Assembly (NCBI GenBank): GCA_028714275.1
Contig: JAQTMP010000001.1
Coordinates: 1-63,953, forward strand
Direction of reading: 5' to 3'
DNA length: 63,953 nt
From: Minisyncoccota bacterium
GTDB taxonomy: Bacteria; Patescibacteriota; Minisyncoccia; Phycocordibacterales; CAINVO01
The position numbers were made by a program, and so were the translations under genes. Shown here one piece after another: positions 43,036 to 52,451 of this stretch (position 1 is its first letter; every line of letters starts with the position of its first letter). Under the pieces are notes generated by a model, which saw nothing but the letters and a program-made list of their open reading frames with translations, did no database searches and was not told the origin of the DNA.

Positions 43036-43794
43036 CTATCTTTGCCACCCTTCAATAATATTTTTCTCCTCTCTGGCGTCCAAAGCCTTTTTATATTTGG
43101 CACCCTTAGCCCCCTTGACCCTTTTTTCACATTCGGCCCAGGTTTTATGTTTTTGTAAAACACCCTCAACCAAGGAAAGATACGAATAGGCTTTGGCGCT
43201 GCTTCTATTTTTGGAAGCACTTCGGGCGCCATCGAGCACTGGGTCGACTTTAATATTTAAAATATCTATGTGATGTAAAGCTTTATACCCTTCGAGTGAA
43301 CCTTTGTACAAAGATTCTGGTGCATTATCGGCAAAGGCAGTGGCTATGACATCGCAGCGCTCGTTGCCCGCGATTCCTCGGTGACCTCCAATGTATTCCC
43401 ATTTTATTTTTTTACCCAAGCTGATATCCGCCAACTTTTGCCACAAATCCTTGTTTAAAACTTCTTTTTTTTCCTTGGTTTGCCAATTATTTCTCTGCCA
43501 CCCTGAGACCCAGCGCGTGATGCCGTTGATCAGATATGAGGAGTCTGTATATATAGTATAAAGGCTCTCTTTAGCTGAGGTTTTATCAAAATAATCTTCA
43601 AAATGTTTTAAAGCTGCCAGGGCGGCGTTCATTTCCATTCTATTATTGGTGGCCATGGCCTCAGATCCACCAAGCTCGTCTACCTGTATTCGTCCTGCCG
43701 AATCCGCATAGACCACCACTGCTCCAAAACCCCCTGGCCCTGGATTGCCACGGGATGAACCGTCCGTAAAAATCATCACATTATTTTTAGTCAT
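43036..43794 (-). CDS. rnhA: Ribonuclease HI with C-terminal hybrid-binding-like domain
   Basis: FTDGSSRGNPGPGG..., NNRMEMNAAL, IYTDSSY and GHRGIAGNERCD catalytic pattern. The C-terminal KAYSYLSLVEGVLQKHKTWAECEKRVKGAKGAKYKKA resembles the RNase H1 HBD. Confidence 0.85.
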   Translation of the reverse strand: MTKNNVMIFTDGSSRGNPGPGGFGAVVVYADSAGRIQVDELGGSEAMATNNRMEMNAALAALKHFEDYFDKTSAKESLYTIYTDSSYLINGITRWVSGWQRNNWQTKEKKEVLNKDLWQKLADISLGKKIKWEYIGGHRGIAGNERCDVIATAFADNAPESLYKGSLEGYKALHHIDILNIKVDPVLDGARSASKNRSSAKAYSYLSLVEGVLQKHKTWAECEKRVKGAKGAKYKKALDAREEKNIIEGWQR

Positions 43795-43838
43795 TTTATT
43801 AAAATTCTTTAGGCTATTATACCAGACTGGCCAACGGA

Positions 43839-45662
43839 TTATACTGACTTTACGTCAACGATCCGCAGCCTCAGCTCAGGAAAACCTCGAAACATAGACT
43901 TCTCCATGGTCACAAAAAGGTCCACTTTGGCCCCAGCGCGCAGAGCTTTGTTTTCAAAATTATCTTCGGTCATAAAAAAACCAATGGCTGAAAGTTTTTT
44001 ACCCGCGATATTTTTGGTTATCAACTCAAGATGATTTTTTTCCTTGCCAAAAAGTTTTACTGCATCGAGGATCACATCCCGAATGCGGAAAATAGGTTTG
44101 GGATTGGCCATGCCAAAAGGCGCCATTTTTTCAACCAACGTATACGTCTGCCAAGTAACATCCTCGAGAGAAATTTCGGCGTCCTCTTGTGGCGTATCCT
44201 CTGCCTGTCCTTGATCTGTTTGCCCCTCTACAAGATTTTTCAAGTCATTTTTGGTAGAAAGACTGGCCAGCGCCTTTTCCAGCTCGGTCTGAAAATAATG
44301 AATCTGCTCAGGTTCCACACTGAATCCCCCAGCCCCAGCATGTCCGCCAAAATCCTTGAAAACTTTTTTATCCGTAGCGTTCATGACATCCACTAGACTG
44401 ATTTTACCATTGGATCGACATGACCCTTTGATAGTACCTGTCATCTCGTCTCCATCTCTGCCCCACAAAAAAACCGGACGATCATATTCTTCGACGAGCT
44501 TGCCTGCCACCAGACCAAGCAGGGCCGGACTCCAATTGGGATTGCCAGCCACAATGACTGAAACCTCCGCTGAAAGCTTTTCGAATCTTTCTGCCAAAAT
44601 CTTGCGAATTTCTTTAACCAACGAAGCCACTTTTCCTTTTCGTTCATTATTTATATGATCTAAATGCTCCGCCAAGGCTCCAGCCTGACTGACGTCTTCG
44701 GTTGAAAGCAGCTTAAAGGCATCCATCGGCACACCCATACGCGAGGCCGCGTTGATCCTGGGAGAAATCATAAAACCAATGTCATCTTCCGAAAGGTATC
44801 TCTGATCTATTTTCAATTTTCTCAAAAGAGCGGCGAGTCCGGCTCTGGGAGATTTGCGTAAAACTTTCAAGCCATAATGGGCAAAAATGCGATTTTCCCC
44901 AAGCAAAGGCACCATGTCCGAAAAGGTGGCAATGCCTACCATGTCGAGCAACCATTTTTCCCAGCCATCAACAATCTCTATATCCCGAGCGGCAAGCAGA
45001 TTTCGCAATGGCTTATGCGTAACAAGAGCTTGCACTACTTTAAAAATCACTCCGGATCCGCAAAGCATTTTTTCAGGATACTCACAGTCTGATTGTTTTG
45101 GATTGATGATGGCATAGGCGGGAGGCAAAACATCTGGAGCAATATGGTGATCCGTAATAATCACATCCATGCCGAGCTTCTGGGCGAGAGCAACTTCCTC
45201 CACATCGGTGATTCCACAATCAATCGTAATCATTAGTTTCACCCCATCTCGCGCAAAACCTTCGACAGCTTCCCGATTGAGACCAAAACCTTCGTCGTGG
45301 CGCTGAGGAATATAGACGCGGACACCACCAATATCATTTTTCCCATTTTCGGATTTTCCTCCCAGCCCAATTTTTTTAAAAAAATCATAAAGCACCACTG
45401 CGCCCGGCACTCCGTCGTGGTCATAATCACTAAAAATTAAAATCTGTTCTGGGCGAAGAACGCCCTCAAAGCATTGGCGGATGGCTTGAGTGATCCTCTC
45501 TACCCCTTTTCGCATATCTTTCAGCAAGTAGGGATCATGCCCCTTGGCATAGTCTATGGAAAAAAAATCTTGAGCGGCTTGCGTGGTTTTGATACCCCTC
45601 CTAGAAAGCAACTGCCTCAAAAGCTCTGGGTATTCAGACAACTGAGATTGGGATTCGAACAT
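43839..45662 (-). CDS. recJ: Single-stranded-DNA-specific exonuclease RecJ
   Basis: DHH motifs IFSDYDHDGV, DCG and ITDHH. 607 aa. Confidence 0.9.
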   Translation of the reverse strand: MFESQSQLSEYPELLRQLLSRRGIKTTQAAQDFFSIDYAKGHDPYLLKDMRKGVERITQAIRQCFEGVLRPEQILIFSDYDHDGVPGAVVLYDFFKKIGLGGKSENGKNDIGGVRVYIPQRHDEGFGLNREAVEGFARDGVKLMITIDCGITDVEEVALAQKLGMDVIITDHHIAPDVLPPAYAIINPKQSDCEYPEKMLCGSGVIFKVVQALVTHKPLRNLLAARDIEIVDGWEKWLLDMVGIATFSDMVPLLGENRIFAHYGLKVLRKSPRAGLAALLRKLKIDQRYLSEDDIGFMISPRINAASRMGVPMDAFKLLSTEDVSQAGALAEHLDHINNERKGKVASLVKEIRKILAERFEKLSAEVSVIVAGNPNWSPALLGLVAGKLVEEYDRPVFLWGRDGDEMTGTIKGSCRSNGKISLVDVMNATDKKVFKDFGGHAGAGGFSVEPEQIHYFQTELEKALASLSTKNDLKNLVEGQTDQGQAEDTPQEDAEISLEDVTWQTYTLVEKMAPFGMANPKPIFRIRDVILDAVKLFGKEKNHLELITKNIAGKKLSAIGFFMTEDNFENKALRAGAKVDLFVTMEKSMFRGFPELRLRIVDVKSV

Positions 45663-45715
45663 TTGGGTATTTTAGCACAATCAGCAAAAGTTTATTTTTT
45701 AGGTATAATAAACCC

Positions 45716-46153
45716 ATGCTAAAAAATATCCCTTATATTACCGACCCAGATTGCCTTTTTTGTAAAATCATTGAGGGCTCAATTTCATCATATAAAGTCT
45801 ACGAAGATGCTGACACTTATGCTTTTCTGGATATCAATCCAAACAATCACGGCCACACCCTAGTAGTGCCAAAAGATCATTTTGAAAATATTTATGGCAC
45901 CCCAGATGAAACTCTCTGTCGTACCATGATCACAGCCCGGAAAGTCGCCATCGCAGTCAAAAACGCCCTAAATGCAGACGGGGTAAACATTAACATCAAC
46001 AACGAAACGGCGGCTGGCCAAATAATTTTTCATACTCACATTCATATTATTCCTCGTTTCAATAATGACGGTTTCAAACACTGGGCCCAAAAAAGCTACC
46101 TCCCTGGCGAAGCCGAAAGCGTCTTAGAAAAGATAAAAGAAAAACTTAAATAA
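45716..46153 (+). CDS. HIT-family (histidine triad) nucleotide hydrolase
   Basis: CLFCKII...FLDINP.N.GHTLVVPK...HTHIHIIPR. Confidence 0.9.
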   Translation: MLKNIPYITDPDCLFCKIIEGSISSYKVYEDADTYAFLDINPNNHGHTLVVPKDHFENIYGTPDETLCRTMITARKVAIAVKNALNADGVNININNETAAGQIIFHTHIHIIPRFNNDGFKHWAQKSYLPGEAESVLEKIKEKLK

Positions 46154-46271
46154 AATTAAGAGCCCTTTCGGGAGCACGGATAAATCCTTGCTAGGATTTT
46201 CCTCGTGCTCGCTCCGTCGAGCCTCGCAAGTCTCCCTCAAGGGTTCTTAATTTTATTTAAGTTTTTCTTTT
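46135..46271. repeat. Hairpin element family D, copy 1 (31-bp stem with one G-T, ~75-nt conserved core)
   Basis: Arms are 46135-46165 and 46241-46271. The 5' arm contains the last 5 codons plus stop of the HIT gene, and the 3' arm reaches the pgk stop codon. The core recurs at 55551-55620. Confidence 0.85.
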
Positions 46272-47412
46272 ATTTTAGCGCTTCAATTCCGACTAACGTC
46301 TCATCCAAAAGATATTGCAACATCGCACCGCCGCCAGTAGAAATAAAACTAATTTTTGACTCAGCTTTTTCCCCGAGAGAGCTAATAGCGGCCAGAGTAT
46401 CTCCCCCGCCCACCACCGCTTCTAAAGAGCCGTCCGCATCTGAAATAATTTTAGCCAGCTCAATAGTCGGCTCCGTAAAACCAAGCTCATAATTTCCGAG
46501 TGGACCATTCCACAAAACACATTTTGATTCACCAATCATGGTCTGCAGCATAGACATGGTTTCGGGACCTGCATCCATAATGACGTCTGCGTCACCCACT
46601 TGGTCTGATTTCTTGGCTGAAACAGCCTGAGTATTTTTATCCTGCACGATGACATCTGTCGGGACCAAAAGCCTGGTGTCCGCTACTATATCTGTGACCG
46701 AAAAATCTCCACCTGAGACAAGCGATGCTCCGACATTCCATCTGCGCGCCTTAAAAAGATTGTTGGCCAAAGCTCCTCCCACAAAAACATGGTCAGCCAA
46801 CGTTAAAAACTTTTGAATCAAAGGGAGTTTGGTGTCAAACTTAGCGCCGCCTAAAATAAACAAAAAAGGATGAGGGGGGTGAAATATTTTTTTGAGATGG
46901 TTGATCTCGTCAGACAAAAGCAGCCCAGCATAGTGAGGTAAAAATTCGGGTACCCCCACTATCGAAGCATGTGATCGGTGTGAGACAGAAAAAGCATCAT
47001 TCACGTAGATGTCTGCAAAACCAGCTAGTTTTTTAGAAAATTCTCGATCATTCTTTTTTTCTTCTGGGTATTGGCGGATATTTTCGACGAGAATGATATC
47101 TCCGTCCGCCATAGAAGACATTTCGGCTAAACTTTCTTTGCTAAAAATATCTTCAACAAAAGTTAAAGGAAAAATCTTCATTAAATAATCATAGATAGGC
47201 CGCAGGGAATCTCCGCCCTTGCCTTCAATGTGACTAATGAGGATAATCTTTGCCTTTTGATTGCGTAAAAACTCAATAGTCGCAAGGCTTTTTTTGATTC
47301 GGGTGTCTCCAGTGATTTTACCGTTTTCGATGGGGACATTAAAATCTACCCGCACAAGTACTTTTTTACCGGCAAGGGATTCCAAGGTGGTGATGGATTT
47401 TGGGATGAGCAT
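46270..47412 (-). CDS. pgk: Phosphoglycerate kinase
   Basis: RVDFNVP, ISH.GKG, NDAFSVSHR and STGGGA motifs. Confidence 0.95.
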   Translation of the reverse strand: MLIPKSITTLESLAGKKVLVRVDFNVPIENGKITGDTRIKKSLATIEFLRNQKAKIILISHIEGKGGDSLRPIYDYLMKIFPLTFVEDIFSKESLAEMSSMADGDIILVENIRQYPEEKKNDREFSKKLAGFADIYVNDAFSVSHRSHASIVGVPEFLPHYAGLLLSDEINHLKKIFHPPHPFLFILGGAKFDTKLPLIQKFLTLADHVFVGGALANNLFKARRWNVGASLVSGGDFSVTDIVADTRLLVPTDVIVQDKNTQAVSAKKSDQVGDADVIMDAGPETMSMLQTMIGESKCVLWNGPLGNYELGFTEPTIELAKIISDADGSLEAVVGGGDTLAAISSLGEKAESKISFISTGGGAMLQYLLDETLVGIEALK

Positions 47413-47446
47413 ACAGTAAATAAAATTCCTAATAATTTCTTATAAA

Positions 47447-48295
47447 CTAATCACTATTTTTTAAAAGATGACGAAAATTTTCGACTGACAAACTTTCACG
47501 GCCCACCAACACTCCGTCAGCCTGGCCTTCGTTGATTATGCTGCTGACGTTTTCAGCTGTGACCGAGCCTCCGTATATGACGGCTACCATTGAAGCTGGA
47601 GCGCCGCCCACCAACTCCATTAAATATTTTTTGATAAAAATACTCATCTGGTGCATATCATGAGGAGTAACAACTTGAAAAGCCTGATTGCCGATAGCCC
47701 AGAGCGGCTCGTAGGCAATCACAATATTGGCTATGTCTTTGCCGATGACGTTTTGCAAGGCTGCTTTGATTTGATTTTTTATATGAGAAAGATAATCCCC
47801 CTGATCATCCCGCGCTGACTCTCCCACACAGACCACCGGTTTCAAACCGTTTTCCAGTGCAATCAAAACTTTTTGATTGACTATAGCATCCGTCTCGCCC
47901 ATGGCACGGCGCTCTGAATGTCCGACAATCACATACCCTGCCCCGAGGCTTTTTAGCATGGAAGCGGCCACTTCCCCAGTAAATGAGCCACCCTTTTTGG
48001 CAGACAAGTCTTGGGCTCCAACAAAAATATGTTTACTATCTTTTGTCCTCGAAAAATAAGCGGCTACACTTGTCAAAAACGGATGGGGTGGGCAAATGAC
48101 AAGAACCGTTTTCTTGAGCTCACGGGCAAACGAACGAACCCCTACCGCAAGACTTTTGGCTTCCATCAGTGACCCTGGATTTTCCTTCCAATTGGCAATG
48201 ATGATTTTTTTAGGTTTTGTTGCTATTTTGTTTACCGATTTTTTGCTCCTCGGCTTTATTTTTTTCTTCAAGACTTTTTTAGAGCGCTTTTTCAT
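47447..48295 (-). CDS. tpiA: Triosephosphate isomerase with Lys-rich N-terminal extension
   Basis: ANWKEN, VIVGHSERR, AYEPLWAIG and YGGSV motifs. About 30 aa of Lys/Arg-rich leader. Confidence 0.9.
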   Translation of the reverse strand: MKKRSKKVLKKKIKPRSKKSVNKIATKPKKIIIANWKENPGSLMEAKSLAVGVRSFARELKKTVLVICPPHPFLTSVAAYFSRTKDSKHIFVGAQDLSAKKGGSFTGEVAASMLKSLGAGYVIVGHSERRAMGETDAIVNQKVLIALENGLKPVVCVGESARDDQGDYLSHIKNQIKAALQNVIGKDIANIVIAYEPLWAIGNQAFQVVTPHDMHQMSIFIKKYLMELVGGAPASMVAVIYGGSVTAENVSSIINEGQADGVLVGRESLSVENFRHLLKNSD

Positions 48296-48327
48296 AGGTT
48301 ACAGGCATTATATCACAATCAAAACTT

Positions 48328-48564
48328 CTATTTTGCCCTTCTAATCATCCAAAGGGCAGCCGCCACCAACACCAATACCGCCAAAAGAGTCAAAAACACC
48401 ATAGGAAAATAGCTTCCGGCGTTTTTGACAAGAGGTTGCCCGTTTTGGGTAGCTAAATCAGTAGTGCTAGCCGTTGCATTTTCTGCTGGATTGAGATTAC
48501 CCTGAATATTGCCAGAAATGTTGGCGTGGATATATTGAGGAGGGGGTTGAAGTGTATTTTTCAT
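48328..48564 (-). CDS. Small protein with C-terminal transmembrane anchor
   Basis: 78 aa. The C-terminal FPMVFLTLLAVLVLVAAALWMIRRAK is a TM segment. It is the last gene of the pilus cluster. Confidence 0.4.
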   Translation of the reverse strand: MKNTLQPPPQYIHANISGNIQGNLNPAENATASTTDLATQNGQPLVKNAGSYFPMVFLTLLAVLVLVAAALWMIRRAK

Positions 48565-48582
48565 ATATTTTTCGAATTTATT

Positions 48583-49986
48583 TTAATTACTTGTCCAGCT
48601 TATTTGCTGATATCCTGAAGACGAAGTTGGAAAACTAGGCGGAGGGTAAAAGAGGAGGTTGCTATCGTAGGTATCTGTAGTGTTTGCGTACCCAGAGACC
48701 ACGTTATTAAATGAGTCCACCCAAGACCATGTCCACTGACCAAAAGTCATTATAGAACCAAAAACCGTAATGCTATTTTTGACCACATTGTTTTTATAAT
48801 AATAAAATTGAGCGCTCCCGTTTTGGGCGATCAGAGCCGCGTCAATCTCTAAATTGTTCGGGGCGCCGTAAGTCACTACGATACTGCCTTGGGAAAGAAG
48901 CCCCAGCACACTACTGCCGTCTTTAGCTGAATAAAGAATATTGTTTGGAATATAAATAGTCGGAGCCGTCGAAGAATTGTACGGTAGCAAAGCAGCCGCC
49001 ACCATCACCCGACCGTTGACTGTGCCTTCGACCCATATTTTATCTTCTATATAAATAATGCCGTTGCTAGGGATACTTTTTGTGTACTGCAACGTTCTAT
49101 TTTTATAATCAAAATTTTCATTATGAGCGTTCCCGTAGACATCCCAGCCTGTTGGTTCAGAAACGAGACTAGTCACTTTATACACGCTTACAGTGCCATT
49201 ATTATTAAACACCAGCGAGTAGCCTTGGCTATTAGAAGGAGGTAAATAGATGCCCCCATTTTGAGCACTACTCTTTAGGCTGGCCAAGTTGGAAGTCAAA
49301 GTCGAAAAATCCACTGCGGGCACAGGAAATTGCCAGAAATTTTTAGTAGCTTGATCGGCACTGCCCCACACCCCATTCTCAGTTGCGGGACAAGGGCTGC
49401 CTTGAGAAGAAGGGCAAGTATAGGTAGCCTTGGCCGAACCAATAGGAGAATTGCCTACCCCGTCAAAACGAATACCGCTGTTTGACATCAATTGCCCTCC
49501 GACTGTTTCGTTGCTGCCAATCCAAATAATGTCATTGCTCAAAAAAGAATACTGGGCCAGTGAAGGAATTCCGTACTTGGCTGTCACGGTCCTGGTAATC
49601 GCGGGATTATCGATGGTAGAACCTGTTGATTGGATGGTGACTACAGTTGAACCGACAGCCGGAGGAGTGATCGTCAAGCTGTATTGGCCTACCACTTTCT
49701 GAGTGTCAAAATCAGAGTAACTATGAATATACGGACCGGCAGCATTTGTCCCGTCCGTGTAGTCGCTCGGATAATGAGCAAGATGCCACTGGTAATAATC
49801 AATGCCGGCTTCGGCAATTTGCAAAGCTTCTTCTTTGTTTATAGTCGTAGAAGCTACTTTCATTTTTAACACCACCGCGTCCACCACAGGCAGCATCATG
49901 ATTGAAAAAAGAAAAATAATAACCAAAAGATAGACCAACACATCTCCTCCTTGTCCTCCGCTTTTGGATGTTATTTTTTTAATCAT
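48583..49986 (-). CDS. Pilus-associated protein with N-terminal TM helix (PilX-like position)
   Basis: The N-terminus GGQGGDVLVYLLVIIFLFSIMMLPVV is followed by a Ser/Thr/Asn/Gly-rich beta-type sequence. It is co-operonic with the pilins. Confidence 0.5.
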   Translation of the reverse strand: MIKKITSKSGGQGGDVLVYLLVIIFLFSIMMLPVVDAVVLKMKVASTTINKEEALQIAEAGIDYYQWHLAHYPSDYTDGTNAAGPYIHSYSDFDTQKVVGQYSLTITPPAVGSTVVTIQSTGSTIDNPAITRTVTAKYGIPSLAQYSFLSNDIIWIGSNETVGGQLMSNSGIRFDGVGNSPIGSAKATYTCPSSQGSPCPATENGVWGSADQATKNFWQFPVPAVDFSTLTSNLASLKSSAQNGGIYLPPSNSQGYSLVFNNNGTVSVYKVTSLVSEPTGWDVYGNAHNENFDYKNRTLQYTKSIPSNGIIYIEDKIWVEGTVNGRVMVAAALLPYNSSTAPTIYIPNNILYSAKDGSSVLGLLSQGSIVVTYGAPNNLEIDAALIAQNGSAQFYYYKNNVVKNSITVFGSIMTFGQWTWSWVDSFNNVVSGYANTTDTYDSNLLFYPPPSFPTSSSGYQQISWTSN

Positions 49987-49988
49987 AC

Positions 49989-50612
49989 TTAATTTCCTAA
50001 ATTAGTCTTAAGGCTCCTAATGGTTGAGCCGGCCTGGACTGAAAAAGTAGTGGTGCCGTTTCTTTGATCTTGGCTGGAAATGACCAAGTTGATTTGGACA
50101 TATTTAACTTGATTTAAATTTATCGGAGGGACAAGCGGAGAGCTCGTGCCAGCATAGTTTGAATCATAATAATAAAAGACCGGCACGTTGCCATTGGCGA
50201 GAGCAGACTGAACCGCCGTAATTTTTTCTGAAGCGGAATTGTAAGTCAAAGGATTGCCAGAGGGTATGATGACTCCTTTATAAAGAGTCGCTCCAGACAC
50301 ATAATAACGCACTCGGTTGACCGCATTTCCGCTGGCTCCATAGCTAGTATATAAAACCAAGGTTGAATTGTCCGCCTGGTTGACTGGGTAAGAGCCATCG
50401 TTTCCGGGAGTAGCATCTCTGACTTCGTTAATGAAATTAAATTCCGCCAATCGAGCTTGGTCGATATTATTTAGAGCTAGATTTTTTTGACTAGAGCCGC
50501 TGTATATTTCTTTAAACAGAAGCGAGGCTCCTGACATGAGAATAAGAAAAACAAAAATAGTAACGAGGGTTTCTACCAGAGTAAATCCATAGTTTTGATG
50601 TTTCTTATGCAT
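49989..50612 (-). CDS. Type IV pilin-like protein (prepilin-type N-terminal methylation motif)
   Basis: HQNYGFTLVETLVTIFVFLILM matches the G-F-T-L-x-E class III signal. Confidence 0.8.
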   Translation of the reverse strand: MHKKHQNYGFTLVETLVTIFVFLILMSGASLLFKEIYSGSSQKNLALNNIDQARLAEFNFINEVRDATPGNDGSYPVNQADNSTLVLYTSYGASGNAVNRVRYYVSGATLYKGVIIPSGNPLTYNSASEKITAVQSALANGNVPVFYYYDSNYAGTSSPLVPPINLNQVKYVQINLVISSQDQRNGTTTFSVQAGSTIRSLKTNLGN

Positions 50613-50620
50613 ATAGCGAA

Positions 50621-52429
50621 TTACTGGCTTAAGGATACCTGTAAAATATTATAACCGCTAATATTTAAGTCGCTGATAGTCTTGGTCTGATACCCTGGCA
50701 TACTGACCACCAGCTGATAATTGGAGCCAGCAGTCAAACCTGGAAAGAAAACCTGCCCTGGCGTAAAGCAACCTGCGACATAATTAATTCCTACACTGGT
50801 GACTACAGGATTTTTGGCTAGATCCGTGGTCGAAAGGAAGGCTTTGTATCGAATATACCGATTGTTGTTGCTTGAAGGGCTAATACTTGTGCCTGGCACC
50901 GTATAATATGTGCTGGCCGTGCCATCAGGACCAACAAAGTTCCAAGTAGCGTTGTCGTTGTTTGTGGCAATTTGGAATTTGACAGTGGCAGCGGGATCTT
51001 GAGAAGTTGGCTGCCAGTTTAGATTGGTGTAAGTCGTAGTAGTAGCTCCTGTATCAAAAGATGAAGAGATCAGCGAACCAGAATTAACAACCGCTTGACC
51101 ATTGTTACTGATCAAGCGCATGCCGGTGGGAATATCATTGGTACTAATATTGCCATCATCTTGAGAATACATCGTTGGGTCAACAAAATTCTCTTGACCT
51201 GACCCTCCTGTCCACGACTGCTGACTCCAATTGCTCCCTCCTGTCAATTTATTTGTGTCAGTTTGAGGGCTGAGAGTTTGCAAATCAACATTGGCCCCCT
51301 CAATAGCATTCCCGGTTGATGCATCTTTGACAATCACCAAAAGGCTATTGGCAGTTTCTGGACCAAGAAGTAAAGCAAAAGTCTGATTTGTATTTGGCAA
51401 AATGTTAATTTGTTGGATGGGTGATGAGCCGTAAACCATATAAGTGCTCGTGCTAATCAGGCTTGGAGTATAATTGTCCCACTCTAGGTTTGAAAGCGAA
51501 ACTTGCCCATTTCCATCCGAGGTATAGGTCTTGTCAAATTTTAGAACATTTGGCGTCCCGATTAATTTTGAACCTTGGACTCTTAGACCCACCCCCGAAA
51601 GGGCGCTGCAAGTTTGATCGACAGTATTAATGACAAGATTGCTCAATTGGTCTATCGAAAAACTGACCTGGGTGACTTGACCATTGGCGATGGTCGAATC
51701 AGCTTTGATCGGATTGGGATTGCTGCCGCTGACAGGATAGGTCTGATCTGTCGAATAACCATTTTTGGTCACCACGACGTGATAGCTATTGGCTGCGTCT
51801 GGAAGACCCACCTCAATCCAGTTTCCGCTGGCATCACTGATACGGCTAAGATTGATGGCCGGGGTGATAGTGGCGTTGCGGATAGAAATACTGGCGCCGG
51901 AAATTGGCTGCCCGACCGCGTCAAAGACTTTGATTGAAAATGCTCCCGCATTATTTATATTTTCCAAGCCTTTTGGAACAAAATTGGAAAAAAAACTAGT
52001 CGTCACCCCTGTGACAGTATTTTTAACGTACAGTTTGACCTGCTTATAATCATTTGGAGCAGGATCGGTACCCGCCAAAATAGTCCCATCGGCAGGATCA
52101 TCTATATAATTGACTACATAATAAATTTGGTAGGCGGTCCCATTTACGACCGTGGTGGTAGCGTTGGGCTGGTCATAGAGATTGCCGTGGGGATTTCCAT
52201 TGATGGTACCTATTTGAGAATAGGGCATATTTCTGACTACCTCCATGTACTGATCCGCCAACCCTGAAATAGTAGTAGTCTCTCGAAAAGTTCTTGTTTC
52301 CCGAATGACGGCCGCACTGGTCTGATAAACAGCCAAAGCCAAGAGTACAAAAATAAAGATGCTCACCAAGCTTTCGATGAGGGTAAAACCTTTTTGAAAA
52401 GAGGCTATGTGTAATGTATTTTTTTTCAT
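50621..52429 (-). CDS. Large type IV pilin-like protein (prepilin-type N-terminus)
   Basis: QKGFTLIESLVSIFIFVLLALAV, then about 570 aa of Thr/Ser/Asn/Gly-rich sequence. Confidence 0.75.
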   Translation of the reverse strand: MKKNTLHIASFQKGFTLIESLVSIFIFVLLALAVYQTSAAVIRETRTFRETTTISGLADQYMEVVRNMPYSQIGTINGNPHGNLYDQPNATTTVVNGTAYQIYYVVNYIDDPADGTILAGTDPAPNDYKQVKLYVKNTVTGVTTSFFSNFVPKGLENINNAGAFSIKVFDAVGQPISGASISIRNATITPAINLSRISDASGNWIEVGLPDAANSYHVVVTKNGYSTDQTYPVSGSNPNPIKADSTIANGQVTQVSFSIDQLSNLVINTVDQTCSALSGVGLRVQGSKLIGTPNVLKFDKTYTSDGNGQVSLSNLEWDNYTPSLISTSTYMVYGSSPIQQINILPNTNQTFALLLGPETANSLLVIVKDASTGNAIEGANVDLQTLSPQTDTNKLTGGSNWSQQSWTGGSGQENFVDPTMYSQDDGNISTNDIPTGMRLISNNGQAVVNSGSLISSSFDTGATTTTYTNLNWQPTSQDPAATVKFQIATNNDNATWNFVGPDGTASTYYTVPGTSISPSSNNNRYIRYKAFLSTTDLAKNPVVTSVGINYVAGCFTPGQVFFPGLTAGSNYQLVVSMPGYQTKTISDLNISGYNILQVSLSQ

Positions 52430-52451
52430 TTTAAAAAAATCTTTAAAAGAT

